A stretch of 61,658 nucleotides of DNA, filler included, from 6 parts of 6 records of this genome joined end to end with filler, not necessarily neighbours in it, one strand, 5' to 3'; shown: positions 30,466 through 41,541, numbered from the whole stretch's first letter. The notes: generated by a model not told the origin, from the letters alone. Translations and numbers: made by a program.

Positions 30466-30732
30466 ATGTTGAAACCATTAGCAGATAGAGTTCTAATAGA
30501 ACCTGCACCGGCAGAAGAAAAAACTGCCAGCGGAATTATTATTCCAGATACAGCAAAAGAAAAACCTTTACAAGGCAAAGTAGTTGCTGTAGGACCTGGA
30601 AAAGTTGACGAACCAATGACTGTAAAAGCGGGAGATAGTGTTTTATACGGTCAGTATTCAGGTACAGAAATTAAATTAGACGGAAAGACTTATTTAATTA
30701 TGCGTGAGTCTGACGTTTACGGAATTATTTAA
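30466..30732 (+). CDS. groES: Co-chaperonin GroES
   Basis: [23 protein letters not shown]. Confidence 0.98.
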   Translation: MLKPLADRVLIEPAPAEEKTASGIIIPDTAKEKPLQGKVVAVGPGKVDEPMTVKAGDSVLYGQYSGTEIKLDGKTYLIMRESDVYGII

Positions 30733-30744
30733 TCAAAACAATAA

Positions 30745-31947
<1,203 letters not shown>

Positions 31948-32047
31948 NNNNNNNNNNNNNNNNNNNNNNNNNNNNNNNNNNNNNNNNNNNNTTAATTAAT
32001 TAANNNNNNNNNNNNNNNNNNNNNNNNNNNNNNNNNNNNNNNNNNNN
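31948..32047. other. Artificial contig spacer
   Basis: 44 N + TTAATTAATTAA + 44 N. Confidence 0.98.
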
Positions 32048-32127
32048 TCTTAAGTTTAACATATCCTTTTTTGCTTTTGACTCTATGCTGGCACAAAAGC
32101 GGATATACATAATATGAAATTTTAGGA

Positions 32128-32151
32128 GCGGTCTGTGTTTCCACAAACCGC
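32128..32151. repeat. REP-like hairpin, copy 1
   Basis: GCGGTCTGTG-TTTC-CACAAACCGC; shares its stem with 41426-41444. Confidence 0.5.
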
Positions 32152-32171
32152 ATAAGGCATAGTCATATAGA

Positions 32172-32666
32172 TTAATACTGCTCCCAGAAGTTAGGAGGCG
32201 TAATTCCTAGTGCCCGCAAATAAACATAACCTTGTCCGCGATGGTGGATTTCATTGTCCATTACATAAAATAGAATGCTGTAGCCTGTACCTTCATATTG
32301 CCCAAAGGCAACTACCTTTTCTTGGAAGTTTTTGATGGATATTTGCTTCCAGTACTTCTGGATTTTCTCAGTAGATTCATCCCAACTGGCCAATAGATCT
32401 GCTTTTGTGGTGAGCTCGGGTTTTTCTTCATCAAGTGTGCTCCATTCTCCCGTTGCCACTCCTTTTGCGGTAGCACCATCCATAGCTAGCATTTCTTTCG
32501 CTAGCTGAGCATAAGTTCGCATGCCGCCTATGCTAAATTCAAAAAGTTCTTTTTCCGGAAAGGCGTCCAAAACTCTGCGAGTAACCTTACGCTGTCCTAG
32601 CCATTGATTTAGCAGTTGATCTTTGGTGATGAGTTGAGTCTCATTCAATGTTTCTGTAGTTTCCAT
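32172..32666 (-). CDS. DinB family protein
   Basis: F.IGGMR and DNEIHHRGQGYVYLR.LG..PP; start moved to METT. Confidence 0.9.
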   Translation of the reverse strand: METTETLNETQLITKDQLLNQWLGQRKVTRRVLDAFPEKELFEFSIGGMRTYAQLAKEMLAMDGATAKGVATGEWSTLDEEKPELTTKADLLASWDESTEKIQKYWKQISIKNFQEKVVAFGQYEGTGYSILFYVMDNEIHHRGQGYVYLRALGITPPNFWEQY

Positions 32667-32704
32667 TTTCTCTATGTTTTGTTTAAGAATACTCAAATAA
32701 ACAA

Positions 32705-32730
32705 CTGACTTGTGTCAGCCCTATGTCAGT
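32705..32730. promoter_or_regulatory. Candidate YafY/WYL regulator binding site
   Basis: TGTCAG direct repeats at 32713 and 32724 (11-bp period) plus inverted CTGAC at 32705. Confidence 0.5.
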
Positions 32731-32946
32731 AGGATTTTGGTATTTCCGAGAAATTCTAAGTTTTTTCAAGTTTCTTTACATTCTCAGAAGTTAACTTTTC
32801 GTGCCTCCACTTTCTTACCAGTAAATAGCCAAAAGCAACATAGGATTGGGGAAATTCAGGAGTTGATGTGCTTCGGTCTTCCGGCCAGTTGAGGAAAGAG
32901 AAATAGGTAACTCGCAAAATTCAGATAATCAGATTAACTCTTTTCC

Positions 32947-33897
32947 ATGAATCGAATAGACAGGCTAACTGCCATTCTTACTCACTTGCAATCCAAGCGA
33001 ACTGTCAGGGCTTCGGAACTCGCTACTCGTTTTGGAGTAAGTTTACGCACGATCTATAGAGATGTGAGATCGCTCGAGGAGTCGGGAGTGCCAATTATCG
33101 GTGAGGCAGGCCAGGGATATTCCTTGGTCGAGGGATACAGACTTCCGCCGATTATGTTTACCAAAGAAGAAGCATTGTCTATGCTGGTTGCGGAGAAGTT
33201 GGTGGAAAAATCGCTTGGGGAGCAGAGTAGCAGGTTTTTCAAAGAAGCGCTTATCAAAATCAAAGCTGTGCTGAAGTCTTCCGAAAAGGATTTGCTGGTG
33301 GAAGTGCAAGATACAATCCAAGTGCTTAAGTCAAATCCATCCCAAGTAATGGATAAATCCAGCAAGGCATTTCACACAGTACTGGAAGCTATTTCCATGA
33401 AAAAAGTGCTCTTGGGTTCCTATGTTACCTTTGATCCGGAAAAGAAGACAGAGCGAGAATTGGAGCCAGTTGGTATGTTTCACTCCTTTGAACAATGGTA
33501 TTTGATAGCCTATTGCAGATTGAGAAATGATTACCGCACCTTTCGATTGGACAGATTTAGTAAGCTTGTGGTTTCGGAAATTTCTTATTCCACGGCCAAG
33601 CATCCCACATTGAAATCCTATTTGGACCAGGTTTCCGCTGAACAAAAGCTTCATCAAATCATTCTGAAAGTTCCGGATGGAGCTATGAAATACCTCGCAA
33701 ATTCAAAGTACAATTATGGATTCGTCTCTGAAGAGAGAGTAGGAGACATGACAGAAATTACTTTTATGAATTCATCCATTGAGGGATTTGTGCGGTGGGT
33801 GATCTCGCTATCTGATTTGGTAGTGGTGAAGCACCCAACAATACTGAGAAATCGGCTAGCCGAATTGATTGAAGAAATCAAAACAATGCAGGGATAG
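32947..33897 (+). CDS. YafY family HTH-WYL-WCX transcriptional regulator
   Basis: MNRIDRL, VSLRTIYRD, G.GY.L and WYLIAYC.LR.DYR.FRLDR. Confidence 0.93.
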   Translation: MNRIDRLTAILTHLQSKRTVRASELATRFGVSLRTIYRDVRSLEESGVPIIGEAGQGYSLVEGYRLPPIMFTKEEALSMLVAEKLVEKSLGEQSSRFFKEALIKIKAVLKSSEKDLLVEVQDTIQVLKSNPSQVMDKSSKAFHTVLEAISMKKVLLGSYVTFDPEKKTERELEPVGMFHSFEQWYLIAYCRLRNDYRTFRLDRFSKLVVSEISYSTAKHPTLKSYLDQVSAEQKLHQIILKVPDGAMKYLANSKYNYGFVSEERVGDMTEITFMNSSIEGFVRWVISLSDLVVVKHPTILRNRLAELIEEIKTMQG

Positions 33898-33939
33898 GGT
33901 CTACTTGCAGCATGTCCTTTGGAAGAATTTCCCGGGGTT

Positions 33940-34380
33940 TTATATTTTGTAGTAAATGTAATCCGTGATCATTGGAGCAATTCCGTTTTGCCGTAGGTCG
34001 GAAATCAATTGCCCTTTGTGATGAGTAGAATGATTTGAGATATGAAATAGGATTTCTTGTACTGAGTTCTCAAATTCTCCACCGCTACTATTCTTGTATT
34101 TTATTCGTTTGCCAAAATCGAATTCTGAAATAATCAGTAAGGTGTCCTCGAGGTTAGAATCATCTAGACTCTTACAAGTTTCAAGGTTGTGGAGCTGGTG
34201 CACTCCGAGTGGAGTCTTTCCGAGAATTCTCGAATTCCAAATCTGGTGTGCATTTATGTTGTGAGAAAACAGCGGAATAGTCCTTTCTGATAGAATGTCT
34301 TTATTTTCAATAAAAAGCGCCACCAACTTTTGGTTAAAATGATGATGGTATTCGAATATGTCTTTAAAGAACTCTTTCAT
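33940..34380 (-). CDS. DinB family protein
   Basis: SH.INAH.IW and LFH..NHSTHH.GQ...DYI.Y. Confidence 0.9.
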   Translation of the reverse strand: MKEFFKDIFEYHHHFNQKLVALFIENKDILSERTIPLFSHNINAHQIWNSRILGKTPLGVHQLHNLETCKSLDDSNLEDTLLIISEFDFGKRIKYKNSSGGEFENSVQEILFHISNHSTHHKGQLISDLRQNGIAPMITDYIYYKI

Positions 34381-35341
34381 TTGCTACGTTGATTATCACA
34401 TTACCAATTTTCTTACCTGAGAGGACATATTCGTACGCTTTTGCTATCTCTTTCAAGGGATATTCCCGATCGATGAGTGGTTTGAAAACACCCTTTTCCA
34501 TTTTGGATTTGATATATGGAAGTGTAAAAGTCAAAGGATAGGGAATAGGGAATTTGACTTTTTTGCCACCAATAAGAGGAGTGAAGATTGAGTAGAAGAT
34601 ATTTTGGGAATAGGGTCCCAATTCTGAAGAAATGTAGGTTCCATTCTTTTTTAATATAGGCTTACATTTTCCAAAAGTACTTTTGCCTACCGTATCAAAC
34701 ACAATATCATATTTTCTACTACTTCGCGTAAAATCTTCTTTGGTATAATCGACAACTTGATCAGCTCCCAGTGAACGCATCAGTTCAATGTTTTCAGTAC
34801 TGCAAGTTGCTGTGATTTTCACATCAAAAGTTCTTGCAAACTGTAGTAAAGCAGACCCAATTGCACCTGTGGCACCATTGATCAGGACTTTTTGTCCGGA
34901 ATGAATTCCAGATTTAAGGATAAATGAATGTGCATAATGGGCACCTTCCAGACTTGCCACAGCCTGCGCGAAATCAATCTGCTCAGGGATGACAATGAGG
35001 TTGTCTTTTGGCTTCAAGGCCATGAATTCAGCTTGTGATTCCAGTCCCATATCTGTAAAACCAAAAACGCGTTGGTTGACCTGAAATGAATCAATGTCCT
35101 TTCCAGTTGCAACCACCACACCAGCGAAATCAGTACCCAGGACTATTTTTCGGGGTTTCGTCAAACCTAGCATTAGGTGCATGATAAAAGGCTTTCCAGT
35201 CAAATTAGCACAATCTGTTCGGTTCACCGTGGTAGCAAAAATACGTATTAGAACTTCGTTGTCCTTAAGGGTTGGTTTCTGGATTTCTTCAACTTTGATT
35301 ACATGTGGTGAACCGTATGATCTTCGAATGGCGGCTTTCAT
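34364..35341 (-). CDS. NAD(P)-dependent MDR-family oxidoreductase (zinc-independent type)
   Basis: YG.P, LGTDFAG.V, VLINGATGAIG and LGAD.V.DY. Confidence 0.9.
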   Translation of the reverse strand: MKAAIRRSYGSPHVIKVEEIQKPTLKDNEVLIRIFATTVNRTDCANLTGKPFIMHLMLGLTKPRKIVLGTDFAGVVVATGKDIDSFQVNQRVFGFTDMGLESQAEFMALKPKDNLIVIPEQIDFAQAVASLEGAHYAHSFILKSGIHSGQKVLINGATGAIGSALLQFARTFDVKITATCSTENIELMRSLGADQVVDYTKEDFTRSSRKYDIVFDTVGKSTFGKCKPILKKNGTYISSELGPYSQNIFYSIFTPLIGGKKVKFPIPYPLTFTLPYIKSKMEKGVFKPLIDREYPLKEIAKAYEYVLSGKKIGNVIINVANERVL

Positions 35342-35814
35342 GGGATTGTTAATTAGAAAAGAATCTTAAATCTTAAGATCGGTATTTTGAATTTATTTTA
35401 ATAAAATGAGGGTTCATGATTTCACCTTTTATCAATTTAAATTGAAAATTTCAAGGACTCTTTGAACTCTTCCTGAGAAACCATAAGTCTATTTCTCGTC
35501 AAATACTTGCTATCTAAGTGTGAGCTTTTCATAAACTTTAATGGTAAACGTTGAGGATTTTATTCCCGAATTGGGGAAAAACCATCACGAGTGACAATCT
35601 GATGGTTCACACTATTTTAAAAATTTCTGTTGCATTTTTAACAGGTAGTAAAAGAAGGTGAATTGAGTTCTTCTCTTGAAAAAAACCTAAATATTGGTTT
35701 AGGGCGGTCTTCTTGACTATTTTTGCTTCAGATTTAATGTAACAGATTAAGTCGTTGTTTGAATTTTTATCCGTCTGGAGGCAAAATAAATCTAAAAACA
35801 AGTTGAGTCTCCTA

Positions 35815-35829
35815 TGGAATGGCATTTGC
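35815..35829 (+). promoter_or_regulatory. Candidate sigma-54 (-24/-12) promoter
   Basis: TGGAATGGCATTTGC = GG-N10-GC with a TTGC -12 element. Confidence 0.5.
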
Positions 35830-35870
35830 GAAATTTATCCTGAAAACCAAATACAATAAAATTGAAAATT

Positions 35871-36674
35871 ATGAATGTAAAGATATTAGGTACAGCTGCT
35901 GCGGCACTATTGATTGCGGTAAGTTGCCAACCGAAAAAGGCAGAAAATGAAGAAGTAGTCATGGAGGGAACAGAAATGACTGCTCCGGCAGCGATTTCAA
36001 TTGAGAAATTCACAGATTCTCCGGCATATGCTTCGTCTTCTTTAACTCTCAAAAATCCTTCTAATACTACTATTGCAAAAGCTGGAGAAGTTGATTTTGC
36101 TTTTGATGTGAAGGATTACAGTTTGGGTGAAGTAACTGAGCGTAATGGAATGGCTGGTAATTTGGCTAATTCTGATAAAGGTCAGCATATTCACTTTATA
36201 TTGGACAATGAGCCATATTCAGCGCACTATGAGTCTGAGTTCAAAAGAGAAATGCCAGAAGGAACGCATTACTTGGTTGCTTTCTTGAGCAGATCATATC
36301 ATGAGTCAGTAAAGAATTCTAATTCTTTTATTGCCAAGAAGATGGTTGTTGGAACTGCCAGTGATGATATGAATGTGGATTTCGACAAGCCAACGATGAT
36401 TTACAGCCGTCCTAAAGGAGAGTATACTGGAGCAGACACGGAGAATCTATTGTTGGATTTCTTCTTGTTGAATACTACACTATCTGAAGATGGGAATAAA
36501 GTAAGAGCAACTATCAACGGTCAGGAATTTATGATCACAGAATGGGCTCCTTATGTAATCAAAGGTCTTCCAAAAGGTGAAGTGACTGTGAAATTGGAGT
36601 TGCTTGATGCTGATGGAAACTTGATTCCAGGTGGATTCAATGATGTGACCAGAACAGTGACTTTGAAAGACTAA
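35871..36674 (+). CDS. Lipoprotein with His-rich motif
   Basis: Lipobox AVSC; GQHIHFILDN and G.HYLVAFLSRSYHES; alternative start TTG 35862. Confidence 0.8.
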   Translation: MNVKILGTAAAALLIAVSCQPKKAENEEVVMEGTEMTAPAAISIEKFTDSPAYASSSLTLKNPSNTTIAKAGEVDFAFDVKDYSLGEVTERNGMAGNLANSDKGQHIHFILDNEPYSAHYESEFKREMPEGTHYLVAFLSRSYHESVKNSNSFIAKKMVVGTASDDMNVDFDKPTMIYSRPKGEYTGADTENLLLDFFLLNTTLSEDGNKVRATINGQEFMITEWAPYVIKGLPKGEVTVKLELLDADGNLIPGGFNDVTRTVTLKD

Positions 36675-36697
36675 TTAGCACTAAAAGCCACCAAAGT

Positions 36698-36735
36698 AAA
36701 ACTCCCTGTGATTCATTTCGCAGGGAGTTTTTTTT
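36698..36735 (+). terminator. Rho-independent terminator
   Basis: AAAACTCCCTGTGA pairs with TCGCAGGGAGTTTT, followed by a T run. Confidence 0.85.
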
Positions 36736-36876
36736 ATGCGGTTTTCATAGCCTCGCCGGGTCGTAAGGTTTGAGGTATTTTTCTGACCTCGAACTTTTGA
36801 TTATTTGTTTTTTTTCGCAATCAACACTAACCTATAGGATAAGAAAATGATGAAAGCCGTAAATAGCTCAGACTAT

Positions 36877-37878
36877 CTAAACAGGAAAATACGCAGGAAT
36901 CAGGCCTTTGATTTTATCTAAAGTCTCAGGCATAGAGAGTTCACTCATGCCTCCCGCAGCATTTGCATGCCCGCCTCCATCGAAATGGGCTGCGGCTAAG
37001 GTGTTTACAGGATTTTCTTTTCCTTTCGATCGAAAAGACATCTTGATAATGCCATCGCGTTCAGAAAGCATAATGGCTACTTTCATTCCTTTGATGGATA
37101 GAGCAAGGTTGGCAAGACTGTCAGTATCTCCTTTTTTGTAATCATAGGTGGCCAATTCCTCTTTAGTTAAGGGAATAATAGCAACAGAATTCTCATTCAA
37201 AATCTCCATCTTTTGGGACATTGCAAATCCTTGAAGTCTAAGTCTACTTGCTGTATTGGTATCATTCAGGGATTCATGAATCTGATGATGTTTGACACCG
37301 GCAGCTAGCAATTTGGCAAGGACTTCATGAGTTCGTGGTTTGACGGAATTAAATCGAAAGCTACCTGTGTCAGTCAGAATTCCTACGTAAAGAGGAGTTC
37401 CTATTTTTTCATCCAATAATGCTTCCTTTCCTGACTGCTCAATTAACTCCACAATCAATTCTGCCGTGGAGGAAGCAGATGTTTCGGAGATCGTTAGAGA
37501 GGTGAATCCTTGCGGATCAAGGTGATGATCAATCATGATAAGTGTGCAGGTGGCTGCTTCTAGCAAAACCTGCATTTCCTTGCCTACTCGGTCAGTAGAA
37601 TTGTAGTCAAGACAAAAGATCAAGTCTGCCTCGATGAACGCCTCGGTTACTTTTTCCGGGTCTTGATCCATCGTGATGATGGGTGATAAGTCTAGGAAAT
37701 CCAAAAAATCAGGCGCTTTGTCAGGATGGCAGATAGTGGCCTTTTTCCCAAGCTTTTCTATAAAATGCAATAGCCCCAAAGAGGAACCGACAGAGTCACC
37801 ATCGGCTGATTTGTGGGCGGTAATAAGAATATTCGAAGTCGCTAGGATTGCGGCTTCGATTTGTTTGTATGTATTCAT
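36877..37878 (-). CDS. DHH family phosphoesterase (NrnA-like oligoribonuclease/pAp phosphatase)
   Basis: H..ADGD, IDHH, TDTGSF, SFRS and GGGHANAAGG; start moved to MNTY. Confidence 0.92.
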   Translation of the reverse strand: MNTYKQIEAAILATSNILITAHKSADGDSVGSSLGLLHFIEKLGKKATICHPDKAPDFLDFLDLSPIITMDQDPEKVTEAFIEADLIFCLDYNSTDRVGKEMQVLLEAATCTLIMIDHHLDPQGFTSLTISETSASSTAELIVELIEQSGKEALLDEKIGTPLYVGILTDTGSFRFNSVKPRTHEVLAKLLAAGVKHHQIHESLNDTNTASRLRLQGFAMSQKMEILNENSVAIIPLTKEELATYDYKKGDTDSLANLALSIKGMKVAIMLSERDGIIKMSFRSKGKENPVNTLAAAHFDGGGHANAAGGMSELSMPETLDKIKGLIPAYFPV

Positions 37879-38114
37879 GGAGGTATTTTGATTCAATAAA
37901 AATGGCTTTTCGACCACCTTAGTATTTTTACTCACAGACCAATTTTATAGGTATAGGTTTACTTGAGAAAAAGGTCTTTACAGAAGTTGACTTCGCGGGC
38001 AGAATTAGCTAAAAGAGTTCTGCTATATGCAAAGGAACAAAAGAGAAGATGGAAAATGGGGGTATTTGAGTTTTAAATCTTTTGTAATAAGTATTTGGTC
38101 ATATGTAGATTATT

Positions 38115-38528
38115 TCAACTAAAAATAGCTCTACATATTTTGATGATTTTAAAAGGAAGCCAAATAACTAGTCCAATTGAGATAGATAATATCGTAATTC
38201 CTTTGTTCCACAGGATACATTGAATTATTACGATAGTTGAAATCAATATCCATGTGAATAATTTATGACCCTTTTCAAAACTCGACATTTTCTTTATTGG
38301 GTATAAGTAAAATTTGAGATTAAGAATTAAATCAAACAGAGTTAGTGCAGAAATAAAAATGAAAACTGTGGTTATTGCTGAATAGAATGAATAATTCCAA
38401 GTTACAATGCCAACTCCTGCAAGAAAAAGGGTCAATGTTATTAAACCATCTGATTTTTTGAGTCGCTTGATTCGGTATGAAATGTATAGAGAGAGTTCAT
38501 CCAAATATTTGAGTTGGACCGACTTCAT
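38115..38528 (-). CDS. Hypothetical membrane protein (about 4 TM)
   Basis: Four hydrophobic stretches; ATG overlaps the HEPN stop (TAATG). Confidence 0.6.
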   Translation of the reverse strand: MKSVQLKYLDELSLYISYRIKRLKKSDGLITLTLFLAGVGIVTWNYSFYSAITTVFIFISALTLFDLILNLKFYLYPIKKMSSFEKGHKLFTWILISTIVIIQCILWNKGITILSISIGLVIWLPFKIIKICRAIFS

Positions 38529-38863
38529 TATTGTGTCAGAATGATCAGAATTTGCTTCTGTACTTCGGGGATTTTATTCTTTACTACATCCCAAACAATG
38601 GAATAGTTAACACCCATATAATCGTGGATTAGTCGATCTCTCATACCAGCCATATTCTTCCACTGTATGGTATTCCACTTAACTTTTTGATCTGCTGGGA
38701 TTTTTTTTGTGGCTTCTCCTATGATTTCCAAACTACGGACAATTGCTCGTTTTAATGTTTCGTCTCCAAAAAAGTCCTCAAAAGATAGATCTTGACTTAC
38801 CGATAAAATATAGATACATTCATCAGAAATATGTTTGAGATAGTCAATTGGGTTTTTAGACAT
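38528..38863 (-). CDS. HepT-like HEPN ribonuclease toxin (DUF86)
   Basis: R.LEIIGEA and RDRLIHDY (Rx4H followed by Y). Confidence 0.92.
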   Translation of the reverse strand: MSKNPIDYLKHISDECIYILSVSQDLSFEDFFGDETLKRAIVRSLEIIGEATKKIPADQKVKWNTIQWKNMAGMRDRLIHDYMGVNYSIVWDVVKNKIPEVQKQILIILTQ

Positions 38864-39152
38864 ATTGTACTTCTCCTAAAATTTTCGGGCCGATATATGG
38901 ACTCAGTCCATTAGTGGTGACTACTTCAATTTTTTGATTTTTGAAAAGGCTTTCAAGTAAATCACAAACAGCCATGAAATTGTCAAAAGTTTCTTGTTCA
39001 GGTTCGAAATCAATGAGGAAATCAATGTCACTTTCAGGAGTGTTTTCCCTGCGTAAAAAGGAACCGAATAAACCAACCTCTCGAATACCAAGTTCAGCGA
39101 AATGGGATTTATTAGATCTAAGTTTATCCAATATGATTTCCTTTGTAGTCAT
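38856..39152 (-). CDS. MntA-like minimal nucleotidyltransferase antitoxin
   Basis: FGS-x10-DID motif; overlaps the HEPN gene. Confidence 0.92.
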   Translation of the reverse strand: MTTKEIILDKLRSNKSHFAELGIREVGLFGSFLRRENTPESDIDFLIDFEPEQETFDNFMAVCDLLESLFKNQKIEVVTTNGLSPYIGPKILGEVQYV

Positions 39153-39221
39153 TTTGCTGCTTTTGTCAAATATAGTAACTCCTTATTTTTAGTATGGGGT
39201 TAAAATGATGATTTTTATTCA

Positions 39222-39797
39222 CTACTTCTCAAATCTAAAATTTTCATCGACCGCGGTTAACTCTAATTTTTCAGGAAAAGTGTATAAATAGGAAATCAAT
39301 TCTTTCATCTGTTTGGCTTCAAACATCGCTTTGTAATACTTCCTAACCCCGTTTTGGTATAGAATAATAGTTTTTACAGCGCCATCGCAACAGAGTATAT
39401 TTTCTGGTATATTATTCTCTGTTGGCAAGTTGGATTGAATAATCAATTCAATAAGTTCATTATAGATCTCCTCAGGCAGTTGACCAGTAAAATTCCCAGA
39501 CCTGGCTGAGTCAATCTCATAAAAATTTTCATCCTTAAAATAGTTTCCAGAGAATTTCACTGTTCTATCCTCAGAAATCTCAAGATGCATGACAGGGCAA
39601 TTTCCATAGCAAGTGGAAGTATGAAAAATTAGTTTGGTGAAGTTAAAAGTACTGTCAATAAAGGTTTTATTTTCTGGAGGACCGAAAGTGAATCCCAGTG
39701 CTTGCTTCTCAGTAGTACTGTTTTCTTTTGATGAATTCACTTTACCAAAAGTGAGCTGAGCAAGCAGTGTGAAGGTAATCAAAAAGGCATTTCGCAT
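39222..39797 (-). CDS. Secreted protein, DUF6438-like
   Basis: Signal peptide; TCYGNCP..L.I..D..V.F.G. Confidence 0.65.
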   Translation of the reverse strand: MRNAFLITFTLLAQLTFGKVNSSKENSTTEKQALGFTFGPPENKTFIDSTFNFTKLIFHTSTCYGNCPVMHLEISEDRTVKFSGNYFKDENFYEIDSARSGNFTGQLPEEIYNELIELIIQSNLPTENNIPENILCCDGAVKTIILYQNGVRKYYKAMFEAKQMKELISYLYTFPEKLELTAVDENFRFEK

Positions 39798-39850
39798 AGG
39801 AAAGAAATTAGTTTCAAGAAGATGACGAAAACTTTCCTGGGTTTGCTACC

Positions 39851-41383
39851 TCAGTTAACTGTTTTTAACTCCATTCTTTTCTCTTCAATTTCCGCTGCTA
39901 AAATTGCATTGATATCAGTTTTAGCTCCTAGTAATAAGTGTATCGAGGTACCAAATTCTCTCGCATTCGGATCAGTGATAGATCCAATTTTTTCTGACTT
40001 TTCAAAAAGAGAATTCTCCCGTTCGCTAATTCCATCTTCCACTTCTCTGACCAAAATCACATTTTTGATTTCCCCGCTTAGATCTATCCAATTGACATAA
40101 TCTGCGTTCATAGTTACAGCCTGCAAGCCTTTGGTTTTAGTGTAAAAGTTAATAGCTCCGGCCTGGCCATAATTGTCGCAAATAATTACCGTGTATTCAT
40201 CTGAAGGCGCTTTAGAATAAGCGAGGTCAACTTTCTCTGCCAGTTCTTTCCACCCCAGCATATCTGCAAAATCCTGTGGCAAGTCATGAATTTCTCCATC
40301 TTCCCAGCGGTTTTCCATCAGGTCAGGATGTCGGGATTGTACTCCTTTTAGGTATTCCGGATCTCCGATAGGATAGGTCATCGGAGCTGAGACTACGAAT
40401 AGGCCAATGGGAATAATCATCGCCACTGGCTTCAGGTACTTACCCCAGCTTTTGCTTAGCACATGTGAAAGATAAATAGCACCAAAAGCAAAGTGAATTG
40501 GGTACAGGCCGATTGCATAATAGTTTTTTGCCTTGAAAAAGGTAAATATGGCTAAGGTGAAAATGGTAGTCCAGAAGAATACCTGATACTTTCGAAACGG
40601 AGGATGTTTGAAATAAGAAACAAAAGCCAGAAGCAACACGAAACTCGATCCGAAAAAGAAGAAAAATTGCTCTGTCAAAAAGTCCAATCGATTCACATTG
40701 ACCAATTGATACTTGCTGAGCATTCGCATGTGCCAAAGTACAGGGAAGTCGTTTTGCCATTGCCAAATCAGGTTAGGTAAGGCGATTAAAAAAGCCAAAC
40801 CAAATGCTCCATACAAATTTGGGTTTTTGAAAATCTTCCGCTCCTTTGAAATTAGCAAAGCTGGAATTAGGCCTAGCACTTGAAATGCGATGTTGTATTT
40901 GTTCAGAAAGCCAAACCCGACCCCAACTCCCAACCAATACAGCCATTTATTTTTACCCGTTTTGATATAAGAGAGTAAGGAATAGAACACAAAAGTCCAA
41001 GCCAGAATATCAAAGGAATTGGGTTGGAAAAGGATATTCAGTCTTGCTAACGCTGAAAAGATCAGGCAAATCGCCGCTAAGGACTGTGCATACAAACTGC
41101 CTCCCAGTTTTTCAATTGCTTTCCAAATCAGGGTAATTGTCAGTGCCCCAAAAAGGGCTGGAAAGAACTTTACCCAAAACTCAGTATTGCCCAACAGGTA
41201 AATCAAGTAAGAAAACCAGGATGTCACAGGAGGGACCGAAATATATCCCCAGGCCAGATGATGAGCTTGATCGAGGTGCAGGTATTCGTCACGATGCAGG
41301 TCGTAACTTGGGTCTATAAGAAGGTATTGCAGTACAAACTTGATCAGGATGAAGCCGAATAAAAATAAGTTCCGTTGCGACAT
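39851..41383 (-). CDS. Glycosyltransferase family 39 / ArnT-like GT-C membrane protein
   Basis: LHRDE, WGY...PP, G.L.KY, PN..WQ and NYGQAGA; many TM segments. Confidence 0.85.
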   Translation of the reverse strand: MSQRNLFLFGFILIKFVLQYLLIDPSYDLHRDEYLHLDQAHHLAWGYISVPPVTSWFSYLIYLLGNTEFWVKFFPALFGALTITLIWKAIEKLGGSLYAQSLAAICLIFSALARLNILFQPNSFDILAWTFVFYSLLSYIKTGKNKWLYWLGVGVGFGFLNKYNIAFQVLGLIPALLISKERKIFKNPNLYGAFGLAFLIALPNLIWQWQNDFPVLWHMRMLSKYQLVNVNRLDFLTEQFFFFFGSSFVLLLAFVSYFKHPPFRKYQVFFWTTIFTLAIFTFFKAKNYYAIGLYPIHFAFGAIYLSHVLSKSWGKYLKPVAMIIPIGLFVVSAPMTYPIGDPEYLKGVQSRHPDLMENRWEDGEIHDLPQDFADMLGWKELAEKVDLAYSKAPSDEYTVIICDNYGQAGAINFYTKTKGLQAVTMNADYVNWIDLSGEIKNVILVREVEDGISERENSLFEKSEKIGSITDPNAREFGTSIHLLLGAKTDINAILAAEIEEKRMELKTVN

Positions 41384-41425
41384 GGTATTGAAAAATGCTG
41401 GATGAGATTGATCTTATATTCCTGT

Positions 41426-41444
41426 GGTCTGTGGGACACAGACC
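41426..41444. repeat. REP-like hairpin, copy 2
   Basis: GGTCTGTG-GGA-CACAGACC perfect stem. Confidence 0.5.
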
Positions 41445-41541
41445 AAGGTTTTAGGTTTGATTGACGTGGCTTATGAAATGTTTATGAGTTTAAGGTTTAA
41501 ATTCCTTCAGCCTTCTTATTTTATCTTTCTGAATTCGAGAC

